A stretch of 64,000 bases of DNA from an uncultured archaeon (lineage in GTDB: Archaea; Thermoproteota; Bathyarchaeia; Bathyarchaeales; Bathycorpusculaceae), in the NCBI GenBank assembly GCA_963782915.1, contig CAWALK010000024.1, forward strand, positions 101,969 to 165,968, given 5' to 3'. Below the pieces are notes generated by a model. That model saw only the letters and a list, made by a program, of their open reading frames with translations, searched no databases and was not told where the DNA came from. Below are positions 38,629-48,989 of this stretch, in pieces. Both the position numbers and the translations under genes were made by a program. Numbering within the stretch: position 1 is the first letter of the stretch; each line of letters begins with the position of its first letter.

Positions 38629-41234
38629 TTATGGATGTTTTCTTAGCACAAGTAGGGTCAATGCGATGCTGATTATGACAGCTATGAATAGTCCTGCGAT
38701 TGCGGGTAGGAAGTATAGGTCAGCCATTGATTGTGCTTGTGTTGGTTGTGGTGTTGCTGTTGCTGGTGCGGGGTCTATGTTGAATGCTGTTGTTGCTGTT
38801 GAACCCCAATAGCCGTTAGTGCCTGCGAATGTTGCGTAGAGTACGTATTTGCCTACAATGTCAGGTGTATAGACAAAGTTGTAAGAGCCTGAGGCGTCAG
38901 TCATTGCTGTTCCGATTGTGCGGTAGTTGCCGTTAGAATCGACTACATTGAGTGTTACTTGGACTCCTGTGAAGTTTGTTGGGCAAGCTGCTTGCTGGTA
39001 TACGTATGCCATCCATTCAGTCATGACTGAGTCTGCTGCTACTGGAACACCTTGTGGGAAGCGTGCTGATTGTTCGTCTTGTGTTGTGCCGCTTGCTATG
39101 TCGGTTACTTTGCCTTGGATAAGCACTGTGGTTCCGAATGTTGAGGATAGTGTTGGTGCTTCAACGGTTGTTTGGCTTGGTCCTCTGCCGACTGTGTAGA
39201 TTCTGTTGTCATAGCCGTTGAGGAAGTTGTTGTAGCCATCTGCCATTGCGCCTGTTGGTGGGCTTTGTGCTTCGCCGCGTACGCCTCTGAGTTCCCAGAC
39301 TTGGGAGCCGTCTGTTGCGTTGACTGCCCAGAACATTGATGCTTTGTAGATTGGTGTTGTTACTGTGTGTTCTGTGACTGATAGGTAGACTACTCCGTCA
39401 CCGATTGCGTATGTGGAGACTGGGTAGTGTCCAGGTACCTGTAAGCCGCTGTAGGTGCTGTTTCCTTCACCGCCATTACCGAAAGTCCATAGCAATTTTC
39501 CGTCTGTTAGGTCATAGCAGTAGAGTATGCCAGACATACCGCTGACGTAAAGTTTACCATAAGCGTATGCTGCGCCTGCTTGGTTTCCGCCTGCGTTATA
39601 GCCGCTTGCATAGAAGTTTAGTGCGTCTTGGTTACCGTCTGTTGTCCAGAGTTGAGCGCCTGTGGCCATGCTGTAGGCTGTGTACTTCATTGTTTCTTTC
39701 GATTTTTCAACGAATACACCTGCTGATTTGTCAGAGCCGCTGTAAGAGATGCTTTGGTTACCGCTTGGTGCAGCTATTGTTTTTGTCCATTGGACTGTAC
39801 CGACTGTGCTTACGTCAGGGTTTAGGTTGACTCTATAGTATGTCCATGAGAAGCTAGTTCCACCTATTGATGGATAGGAACCGCTTCTGCAGATTGCGAA
39901 TTCATCATCATATGCGATAAGTATTGAGCTAGCTGCACTTGTTATGCCGTCGAATTTTACAGAAACGTTGAAGTCATAACGGGCTGCTGTGCTTGCGTCA
40001 ACTGTAGTTGTGATTGATGGAGTACTTCCCCAAGTCCATAGATTTGTTGAGTTCCATCGGGCTAAGTACCAATTTGGATTGGTTGTGGTACCGTAGTTTT
40101 TCAATGAGTAGACTAAGTATTCGCCGTTTGGTCCTACTTCTGTTGTTCCTGGTGGGACATTGGTAGCGTTGAATAGGAAATTACCAGTGTAAGCATCGTA
40201 TACCATCCATGTTACTGGAGTTGTTATTCCCATGAATGAAGCGCCTGTGATTGCGACTAGCATTGGGTTGAATGTGCCGTGTTGGTTAGGATTCTGGACA
40301 TCGTATACAAGAGCATGTGATAGCGCTGGTACATCGGTTCTACGCCAGACTTCTTGGCCAGTGCGTAAATCTACGCAGACTGTTGCGCCTGCGACTGCAC
40401 CGATGTATGAGACTGGTTCAGTGTAGTATAATTTTCCAGCCACGATGATTGGGTTCTTGTATCTGCCGAGGTATGCTGTACCCTCAAAGAATGTTGCGCC
40501 TGCGATTGTGGATGTTTGGTTGCCGCCGACTACTCCACCGTCTTGGATTGACTTGGTCCACATTACGTGGGGAGTCTTTGATCCGATGGCATCGCCCGGG
40601 TAGCAGCTTCCATATCCTTGGTTAGTTTGGCCTGCATTTGGGCTACCGAGCCAATTTGATGAAATTGAGTACCATTGGTCGTTTTCACCAAAGATGGGTC
40701 GTGTCCAGTATTCTGTGGGTAAAGCTGTGCCGCCAGTGGTGGATACTATTGGTTCTTCTGTTACGGTTAGGCTGCAGGTTGCATTGCTGGGCATGTAATA
40801 GTCGCCGTTGTATGCACCGCTCCATGTGTATGTTTGGCCTGGGAAGTTAAAGGTAAAGTTGTATACACCGACTTGGTCGGGTGTGAAGGTATAGCTTTGT
40901 GAAGAAGTGGTGTCTTGTACTATATCCCATGTTTTGGTTGTAACGTCACCGTTGGGTGCAGTCATGGTTAATTGAAGTTGTGGAATCGGATGTCGTTTCC
41001 ATTCATCAATGCTCCGCTGATGGTTTTATCGAGCCACATGTAAACGTATGCTGTTTGACCAACGCCTATTGGGTTCATTGGAGTTTCTAAGTAGGCATAG
41101 GTTGGAATGTTCCATATGGGTGTGTGTGCACTTGTTGCTTGCAGTGTCACCATTGGAATAGTCATTGAGAGTGCGAGAAGGATTGCGATTGCAGTTATCG
41201 TCTTTTTTGAGAATTCAAAATTTTTCGAAATCAT
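38629..41234 (-). CDS. Secreted PQQ-like beta-propeller repeat protein 2; frameshift near 40968
   Basis: ORFs 40968-41273 and 38629-40965 are collinear with paralog 1. Confidence 0.88.
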
Positions 41235-41292
41235 GTTGTATTTCTCCATTTTTTTCTTTCGTATAGGTGTCATTAAATCGCTAATAAGGCTC

Positions 41293-41309
41293 GCTCACCG
41301 ATTGTTAGT
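41293..41309. promoter_or_regulatory. Degenerate operator GCTCAC-N5-GTTAGT upstream of PQQ-like gene 2
   Basis: Flanked by the same CGCTAATAAG context as the 37871 copy. Confidence 0.7.
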
Positions 41310-41417
41310 ACTAAAGGTCGTTTTTTTAACCGTGTTTAATTCTTAATCAGGAAACACCAAAAATTGAACGTAATAGCATAAACTAAAATAAGGGTGAATT
41401 GAAACACAATTAAGCAT

Positions 41418-42107
41418 ATGGACCCTATCCTTGCAACTGAACTGATTTCAATAGATGTTACCGTAATAGTTCTATGCGGTATACTACTGAAATTCATGAT
41501 AAAGCCATATCAGGTTACCGGAGAGAATAGGTATCTTGGTCTACCATTAGGGTTCGGCGTTCTCGGTTTAACGTATTTTATCGGCATTATTTCGGTTATC
41601 GGTTTTTTTGAACCCATACCCTATTTTGATGCTATAAATTGGCTTCAGCTTTCTTTGAGGTCATTCGCATTTGCTTTCTTAGCCTTAACATATTACTTTT
41701 CGAAGAAGCCCGCTCAGAAAAGCAGGATATGGTGGAATATCGCATTAAGTGTATTGATAGTTGCTTTGCTACTATCTTTTGCAATAGTCGCTGTCATTCC
41801 ACAGTTCGGAGTATCGGCTTATCGGGTAAGTGGTGCTTATACTCGAGTTTTTAATGTGCTTTGCCTCGCATTCATTTCGTCATATACAGTTAGAAGTTAC
41901 TTGAAGAAACGTGACCCTGCAACTGGGGGGAGCGCATTTGGGTACATTCAACTTGCAATAAGCCAGTTCCTATTGATATTCTGGTTTACTTATTGGGATT
42001 ATAATGTATTCTGGACAGCAATGGTATTCCTACTATCCGGATTATCTTTCTTCATATTCGTTTCTTGCAATGCATTTTATCGGAAAAAGAGGCAGGAGTT
42101 TAATTGA
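41418..42107 (+). CDS. Multi-pass (about 7 TM) membrane protein, putative sensor
   Basis: About seven hydrophobic segments; KPYQVTGENRYLGLPLGF; overlaps next gene by 4 nt. Confidence 0.75.
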   Translation: MDPILATELISIDVTVIVLCGILLKFMIKPYQVTGENRYLGLPLGFGVLGLTYFIGIISVIGFFEPIPYFDAINWLQLSLRSFAFAFLALTYYFSKKPAQKSRIWWNIALSVLIVALLLSFAIVAVIPQFGVSAYRVSGAYTRVFNVLCLAFISSYTVRSYLKKRDPATGGSAFGYIQLAISQFLLIFWFTYWDYNVFWTAMVFLLSGLSFFIFVSCNAFYRKKRQEFN

Positions 42108-42379
42108 AGAAGCTAAGAAGGGACCGACTGAAAATTTATGGCGACCTCTTAGCTATACTTGTTGATGAATCAAAAAAAGAAAAATTTACCCTAACCCGAG
42201 TTCAGGTGAGACTTAAAGTTCCTTTTGACCGCATGAAAAAATATATCGCCGAGTTAAGTGCCTTGGGGTTAATTGATAATGAAGAGTCTCTTAAACTTAC
42301 AGAAAAAGGTAAAAAATACCTAAGAGAATACGAGAAAGTTCTTGATTTTATGGAAGACATGGGTATAGGCTACGAATAG
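42104..42379 (+). CDS. Small winged-helix DNA-binding protein
   Basis: RRDRLKIYGDLL...TRVQ...YIAEL...GLI...LTEKGKKYLREY. Confidence 0.88.
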   Translation: MKKLRRDRLKIYGDLLAILVDESKKEKFTLTRVQVRLKVPFDRMKKYIAELSALGLIDNEESLKLTEKGKKYLREYEKVLDFMEDMGIGYE

Positions 42380-42551
42380 CCAGTTTCAGTTTAGTTATCG
42401 TTTAGCCGATTTTATTTTGATTTCAGGTTTTTAATCTGTTTTGCTTGTGGTTTGCTTCCATCCGTTTGCAACTACGATATTCCCATTATTTTAACTAAAA
42501 CAAAAAGCATCAAAATATCCAAAATCATATTTTTAACAAGTCATAACTTGA

Positions 42552-42642
42552 TTACTGAAATTTCGGGTATCAAGAGTAAAACAAAACTGCAATTGACCAA
42601 ATGATTAAGAACGGTGTAAATAAAACCCAGAACCACTGAGCC
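42552..42642 (-). repeat. Degenerate PQQ-gene 3' element, copy D
   Basis: TTACTGAAATTTCGGG...TGCAA...GTAAAT...CCCAGAACCACTGAGCC at the same position relative to the stop codon as A and B. Confidence 0.4.
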
Positions 42643-42702
42643 TCAATTGGCTATCATTAAAAAACAAAAAAGGAAGGGAAGATTGATTTTTAATTTATTG
42701 CC

Positions 42703-45328
42703 TTATGGTCTTTTTCTTAGTACTAATACTAAGACAACGCCAACTATGATGATAGTAGCGATTATGCCGAATCCTAGAGGTAGTAAATATTGATCTGCCA
42801 TTGATGCTGTCGGTGTTGCTGTTGGTGTGGTTGTTGCTGCTTCTCCAACTACTATTGCGGTTTCTGCGGTTGAACCATAGTATGAGCCGGAGCCAGTGAA
42901 GCTTGCTAAGATAGTGTATTCGCCTGGTACTTGTGGAGCGAATGCTAGCTTGAAGTTGCCGCTTGTGTCACTTGTGGTTGTGCCAACGTTGTAATAGTTG
43001 CCGTTAGGGTCGACTACGCTTATGGTTACTTCAACACCGGTTCCGTTTGTTGGTGCTGGTTGACCCATGTAGAGGTATTCCATCCATGCGGCTTGGCTTG
43101 CGTCAGAGACTGCTGCTACGCCATTGGGGAATCTTGCTGCTTGTTCGGTCTGTTGTGTGCCTACTGATATGTCGGTGACCATGCCTTCCACTAAGACTTT
43201 GTCGCCGAAGGTTGAAACTTTCGGTGATGCTGTCACTGTGGTTTGGCTTGGGCCTTTAGCGACTGCATAGATTTGGTTGTCGTAGTAGTTGTAGTAGACT
43301 AGTGTTCCGTCTGCCTAGAATCTGTGTGCTTAGACCTTGACCGCCGGTTTGTCCTGACCAGCCGAGCATTTTGTAGATTTGTTCACCTGTGGTTGCGTTT
43401 AGAGCGTAGATGCTGTAGCCTTTGTATAGTGGGCTGTTTGGTGAGTGTTCGTTGTTGAATGCGTAGACTTTGCCGTCTGCGATTGCTCCGATGAATGTTG
43501 GGATTAAGCCCCAAGATGTGTCGACGCCGCTGTCTGTGTTGTTGAATTTCCAGAGTGTGTTGCCGGTCTTTGCGTCAATACAGAAGATTTCTCCACCGAA
43601 ACCTTGTGTATAGAGGTTACCGTATGCAGTAACGCATCTTTGACCTGCACCTGAGCCACTGCTGAAAAATTGCATTGGTCGTACAGCTAGGTCGGTTGTC
43701 CATAGGCTGCTTCCGTCAGCTAAACTATAGCCTTGATATTGCATATCTTCAGCTGTAGTTGTAGTCCAAACACGGTTTACTGGGTCTATTGGGCCGAGGT
43801 TGAGTGTCATGTTGCTCGATGGTGCGGTAAATGATTTCTTCCAGATTAGGCTGCCTTTGTTGCTGTCTGCTAAGCTTAGTGTCCATACTTGGTATGGATT
43901 AACTGTGCCTCTTAATGATAGGACACCTGGTGCTATGTTTGGTGTTGTACCGAATAGTATGTCGCCTGGTAGTATGTACTGTATTGTTGGGTTTTGTGTT
44001 GTTAGACTGCCTGTTAAGTCTGCTGTAATGCTAACGTTCCATGAGTATGCTGTGCTTGCGTTGATGACTTTGCCGACTGGTCTGAACTGTAGGTAGTTAG
44101 TGCCTGATGTTGGGGTCCCTAGTTGTACGCCTGTACCTACTGGTACTCCGTTTGCACTTGTCCAGTTCCAGAGTGCTAGCCAACCTGATTTTGCTGTGGT
44201 GTTGTAGTTGAGTATGTATTTGACGATTTCACCTTGGCTTGTGTATGCGACTGTGCCTCCTGCGGGTACATCGGTGATGTTGAATAACCAATTGCCAGTT
44301 AGTGAGTCCCATGCGACCCAAGTGGTGCCAACTGCTTGCCATAGGTAGCCGTTTGGAACTACGCCGTGCTGGTTTGGTGATTCATAGCAGTAGAGTTCGC
44401 CGAATGATGGGTTGATGTTGTTGTTTGTCCAGAGGATTTCGCCTGTGCGTAAGTCTCTGCATACATATGCGCCTCCGCCGGTTGCTGTTGTGCTAACTGC
44501 GTCGCTTAGAGGTGCTTTGTAGTAGAGTCTGCCGCCTACGATGAGTGCGTTTTGGAATCTGCCTTCATAAGAACCGCCTGAATAGTAGGTTGCGCCGGTG
44601 ATACCTGTGTTTATTCCGCCGACGACTCCTCCGTCTTCAAGTGGAGTTGTCCACACAATGTGTGAGCTTTCTGGGCCGGTTCCGCCTTGCTGCCATAGGC
44701 TCATGCCGCTTTGTTGGAATGTTCCTAAGTAAGCACTGCCGCTGCCTAGCCAGTGTGATCCGAGTGTGTACCAGTTGTAGTCTTCACCGAAGATTGGTCT
44801 TGTCCAATATTCAGTTGGTAGTGGTGAGTCTGGTGTTGCAGAAACTGGGTCTTGTTGGACGGTTAGGGTTGCTGTTGCACTGGTGCCTAGGAAGGTTACG
44901 TTTGCCCATGCTGCGCTTCCGCCTTGTGCGGTGGTCCATGTGTATTTTTGGTCGGGGTAAGTGAAGGTAAAGTTGTATGTTCCGGTCATGGTTGGTGTGT
45001 ATGAGGTTGATTGGACACCTGTTGTGTCTGCAATTCTAGCCCATGTTTTTGTTTCTTTGGTGCCGTCGGGTGCTGTGATGACTAATTGGTAGTCATGTCT
45101 TCTGATGTCGTTGGCTTCTGATGCGCTAGGTAGTGGTACGTCGATCATCATAGCGATGTAGGTGGTTTGGCCTACACCGACTGGGTTAGGTTCCACAATA
45201 AGGTATGCAAATGATGCCATTTGGCCTGAGGTTTGTGCGTTAGTTGGGGCTACTGTAACGAGTGTTGTAGCGATAGTCAATAGTAGAAAAGTTGCGATTA
45301 AAATTGACTCTTTTCCCTTAATATTCAT
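42703..45328 (-). CDS. Secreted PQQ-like beta-propeller repeat protein 3; frameshift near 43313
   Basis: ORFs 43256-45328 and 42703-43236 are collinear with paralogs 1 and 2. Confidence 0.88.
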
Positions 45329-45388
45329 TTTTTTTCTCTCTCCTTATGTTGTAACTATAAAGTTTGCAGCCCGAATTATTAAGCCTTT

Positions 45389-45405
45389 ACTCACCTATAG
45401 TGAGT
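45389..45405. promoter_or_regulatory. Palindromic operator ACTCAC-CTATA-GTGAGT upstream of PQQ-like gene 3
   Basis: Perfect 6-bp arms, next to CTTAATAA TATA-like box on the minus strand. Confidence 0.75.
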
Positions 45406-45630
45406 GCTAAATGGGAAGAACCCACTAAGAGAGAACGTAATTATTTGCCATAGGCTTTTTGGGGCTTGGTGTTGAAATCTCTTCAACCGCCCTAATTACT
45501 TCCGCTCAGGATTACAGACAAGACTGCTACAAATGTACACTTTCAACAAACCATCACCCACAACTGTTGAGTAAACACAAAGCTCAATCAAAGAATGCAC
45601 GTTACTTTAACGGTGTACACTGCAACTGTC

Positions 45631-45672
45631 ATTCTATAAATAAGGGAGGGGGTAGGTCCACAGAGCAACAAA
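45631..45672 (-). repeat. Dispersed ~45-bp intergenic motif, copy 3
   Basis: Reverse complement TTTGTTGCTCTGTGGACCTACCCCCTCCCTTATTTATAGAAT. Confidence 0.5.
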
Positions 45673-45785
45673 AGCTCAGTCATCCAGAAGCATCACTAAA
45701 ATAAGCAATTCCATACGACTTTCCAGCCAAAGAACAACTAAAGGCCCAAAAAGCAAAGTTTACAAAAATCTTATATGAAGAGCCG

Positions 45786-46454
45786 ATGAACTATGAGGCT
45801 ATGGCTCCCAAAAATCGAAACCGAAAACCAACCATGCACTCAAAGAAGCCAATAAAACAGAACTCTAACAAGTCCATGTGGATTGCATTAGCCGTAGTTG
45901 CAGTAGTAATCATCGTTTTTGGCGCTTTAGCATTATCTGGGCAATTAAGCCAACATCCTGAACCATTAACAGTTCAACCAACCAAAGTTTTGCTGCAAAC
46001 AACTGCAGGCAACATAACCGTCGATTTAAGAACTGACAAACCAATCACATCAACGAACTTCATAAACCTGGTTAAAGCAGGCAAATATGATGGCACAACC
46101 TTCCATCGAACAGTCGCTGGCTTTATGATTCAAGGCGGACAAGTCAACGGCGTCGCAACTATAAACGATGAAATAGGCACCAACAACCGAAACACTAACT
46201 ATACAATAGCAATGGCAAAAACCAATAATCCTAACTCTGCATCAAGCGGATTCTTCATAAACGTGGAAGATAACGGATTGAAATTTGCACCGAGCTTTGA
46301 CCAAACATACACAGTGTTTGGCAATGTAATCTCGGGCCAAGACGTAGTGGATGCAATCGCTAATGCACCAGCAACGCAGAACCCGAATATGAAAAATGAA
46401 ATTAGCATTCCAGTAAATCCAGTCACAATCCTACACGCAACAATCGTACTTTAA
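45786..46454 (+). CDS. Membrane-anchored cyclophilin-type PPIase
   Basis: N-terminal TM; YDGTTFHR, FMIQGG, IAMAK, FFINV, YTVFG. Confidence 0.9.
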   Translation: MNYEAMAPKNRNRKPTMHSKKPIKQNSNKSMWIALAVVAVVIIVFGALALSGQLSQHPEPLTVQPTKVLLQTTAGNITVDLRTDKPITSTNFINLVKAGKYDGTTFHRTVAGFMIQGGQVNGVATINDEIGTNNRNTNYTIAMAKTNNPNSASSGFFINVEDNGLKFAPSFDQTYTVFGNVISGQDVVDAIANAPATQNPNMKNEISIPVNPVTILHATIVL

Positions 46455-46547
46455 GAAGCTAATTTTAGCTTCTAACTTTTCTTTAATTTCACTCTCTGGC
46501 AATAGGCATAAATGCCCATATTCTAATTGGTTATTTGGGCAATAATT

Positions 46548-47066
46548 ATGGCAGAAAAAAAAACCACTCAACCCTCAGCCACACCGGCTGCAGATGAATA
46601 TACTAACGGAACAAAAGTCCTATTGACCACATCAATGGGCGGCATAACCATCCAACTACGAAACGACATGCCAATAACAACCGCCAACTTCAAAAACTTG
46701 GTTCAAAAGGGAACCTTTAACGGTACAATCTTCCACAGAATCATCAAAGGATTCATGATTCAAGGCGGAGACCCAACCGGAACCGGATACGGCGACCCAT
46801 CAATCCCTGACATCAAAGACGAATTCACACGCAAAAACCGCAACGACAGAGGCACCATAGCAATGGCAAATGCTGGCCCAAACTCAGGAAGCAGCCAATT
46901 CTTCATCAACCTAGTCAACAACAACTTCTTAGACTCAAAGCACCCACAATTCGGCAAAGTTGTCGCTGGCATGGATGTTGTCGACAAAATAGCAGCTGTC
47001 TCAACAAACCGAAACGATAAACCACAAAAAGACGTAATAATAGTCAATGCAACAATCGTGCCATAA
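46548..47066 (+). CDS. Cytoplasmic cyclophilin-type PPIase
   Basis: FHRIIKGFMIQGGDPTGTG, MANAGPNSGSSQFFI, LDSKH. Confidence 0.94.
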   Translation: MAEKKTTQPSATPAADEYTNGTKVLLTTSMGGITIQLRNDMPITTANFKNLVQKGTFNGTIFHRIIKGFMIQGGDPTGTGYGDPSIPDIKDEFTRKNRNDRGTIAMANAGPNSGSSQFFINLVNNNFLDSKHPQFGKVVAGMDVVDKIAAVSTNRNDKPQKDVIIVNATIVP

Positions 47067-47096
47067 AAGGCATGATAAAAAATTAAGAAAAGCTAA

Positions 47097-47300
47097 TTAT
47101 TTTTTCTTTTCTTCTTCCGGTTTAGGCTTTGAGCCGATTTCTACTACTTGGATGCTAATTTGGTATTTTTTGCCGCCTGCAACCATTTTGCCTGTTCCGA
47201 AGTAGCCTCTGCTGCCTGTTTTGAAGTCTTTTTTATCGATAATGAAGTTTTGTTTATCGCCGTTTAGTTGTATAGTAGCCATGTTTGCTTGTTCACTCAT
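47097..47300 (-). CDS. Small basic hypothetical protein
   Basis: FKTGSRGYFGTGK...YQISIQVVEIGSK; AGGTGA RBS. Confidence 0.75.
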   Translation of the reverse strand: MSEQANMATIQLNGDKQNFIIDKKDFKTGSRGYFGTGKMVAGGKKYQISIQVVEIGSKPKPEEEKKK

Positions 47301-47368
47301 TAAGAGTCACCTTATGATTATTATCGTGCGTAGCTTTTCACCTTTTCGCTCACCACAGCGCTGTGTGG

Positions 47369-47833
47369 CTACTTTTTGCGTTTTTGTAATGTGCGTATGT
47401 CGAGTGCAAGCATGAAAATGAAGGGTAAAGCCAAGTAGAAGCTGGCGAAGAAGGCGTTGCCAAATAGCCATGTGAATGGGCCTGAAAACATGTTGGGGTC
47501 TGATAGGTCCAAGCCGGCATAACCGAGCATACCCAGCAAAGTGGAGCCCGCCAAAGTCAAAACTAAACTGACTAAGAATTGAATGGATAATCGGCGTTCC
47601 CTCCCAAACATAAGCGTCGAAACCATAGCTGATAACACAAACATCCATGCGAATCCGCAGATGAACACCGCTAAATCTGCGCTGGATCGTAGCCATGAAG
47701 CTACCAGCGGAACTGAACCACTCAACCCAACTGCTACAGAAGCTAATGCGGTTTGGGTGAAGATTTGGTAGCTAACCATTAGCGTCCAAGCTATAATCAA
47801 ATAGACTGAGGTTACTATGATTGGTCTTGCCAA
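47369..47833 (-). CDS. Hypothetical membrane protein (4 TM)
   Basis: Hydrophobic ORF with basic C-terminus. Confidence 0.7.
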   Translation of the reverse strand: MARPIIVTSVYLIIAWTLMVSYQIFTQTALASVAVGLSGSVPLVASWLRSSADLAVFICGFAWMFVLSAMVSTLMFGRERRLSIQFLVSLVLTLAGSTLLGMLGYAGLDLSDPNMFSGPFTWLFGNAFFASFYLALPFIFMLALDIRTLQKRKK

Positions 47834-47963
47834 GCGGATACCCGCCCACTACAAGTCATCGTTGGTTTTAAAATTTATCCATACCTTACCAAAAAAGGCT
47901 TCAACCATGCTTTTGGTTTGGAAAAGCATATATGCGCTCGCTATGTGCATTAAGAGGATTTGC

Positions 47964-48308
47964 ATGGTTAAGAATGATAAAATTATTGGCTATATTCTAT
48001 TAGCACTAGGAGTTGTACTATTGTTCTTCTCAGTCTACGAGATGATGGATGTCTACACAGGCCACACTGCGCCACCACAACTCATCAACCTATCCGACAT
48101 TTCCCTGCCAATCCAAGATGCAAACATAACCGTAATCGAAGGAGCACAACTAAGCCAGCTACCGAACTTGCTGTTCTGGTTCATCCTAAACGGCTTCATC
48201 CTGTTGGCAGGCGGAAAAATCGCGCAAGTCGGCGTAAACATGGTAAAAGAAATCAAAGTTGAAGTAAAAGAAACCTTCACAAAACCCTTCGAACAAAAAA
48301 CAGCATAA
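47964..48308 (+). CDS. Hypothetical 2-TM membrane protein
   Basis: GYILLALGV...FW...AGGKIA; paralogous to next gene. Confidence 0.7.
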   Translation: MVKNDKIIGYILLALGVVLLFFSVYEMMDVYTGHTAPPQLINLSDISLPIQDANITVIEGAQLSQLPNLLFWFILNGFILLAGGKIAQVGVNMVKEIKVEVKETFTKPFEQKTA

Positions 48309-48324
48309 AAAGGCTTGAGTATCC

Positions 48325-48741
48325 ATGGATAACGCTGCAGCTGCCTACTATATCGTTACTTTCTTTTCCATAGTGGCAGTGCTGATAGTTACTGGAGTAA
48401 TGATTTGGCTTGCAAGCCGCATGCGCAAAGAGCAAACATTTGTGGGATTCAAACGATCCCGAGACGAAATGTACGCAGGATATGTCTTGTTGGCGGTTGG
48501 AATCGCAGTCATAGTTGTCGCTGTTATCGAAATTATGCTGCTGTTAACTGGTCAAGTGGCTGCTCCATTCGGGTTAAGCTACATTTCGCTGGCCGGAATA
48601 ACCTTACCCGGGGAAATTCTCAGCATCAGTTATGGTGTTTCCTTTTGGCTGCTTATTTTGTGGGCGGCGGGTGGAAAAATCGCGTCACTTGGCTTAGACT
48701 TGCTGAGGGGTACAACAGTTAAGCTTCAAATAAAAATTTAG
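48325..48741 (+). CDS. Hypothetical 3-TM membrane protein
   Basis: GYVLLAVGI...FW...AGGKIA. Confidence 0.7.
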   Translation: MDNAAAAYYIVTFFSIVAVLIVTGVMIWLASRMRKEQTFVGFKRSRDEMYAGYVLLAVGIAVIVVAVIEIMLLLTGQVAAPFGLSYISLAGITLPGEILSISYGVSFWLLILWAAGGKIASLGLDLLRGTTVKLQIKI

Positions 48742-48778
48742 AGTTAAAGAAGAATATTGAATAGCGCGAACTCGTGGT

Positions 48779-48857
48779 CTTGTTTTTTATGAAGTAGATA
48801 ATGGCAGGAGTGCCCTTACTCTTCTTTCATCGGGCTTAGCTTGGGCGCCTGTTTTGT
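48779..48857 (+). repeat. Diverged ~80-bp dispersed repeat, copy 2
   Basis: Aligns by eye with 19354-19435 with one 3-nt gap. Confidence 0.7.
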
Positions 48858-48989
48858 AGAAACCTGTTTATTGCTTCGCAGAAAGCACTTCTGTCATATG
48901 AATCCAAAGGTGTAGTTAGCAAATCTATAGATTTTGCGAAATAAATATGAAAACCCCCATCTAATACTTAGAGCTGCGGTGATGTTATT

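Noticed and set aside
35198-45410. Numerous 60-110 aa alternative-frame and antisense ORFs within the PQQ-like genes (and similarly in copA, glpX, rtcB)
   Set aside because: Shadow ORFs caused by codon bias of the real genes; no RBS or motifs
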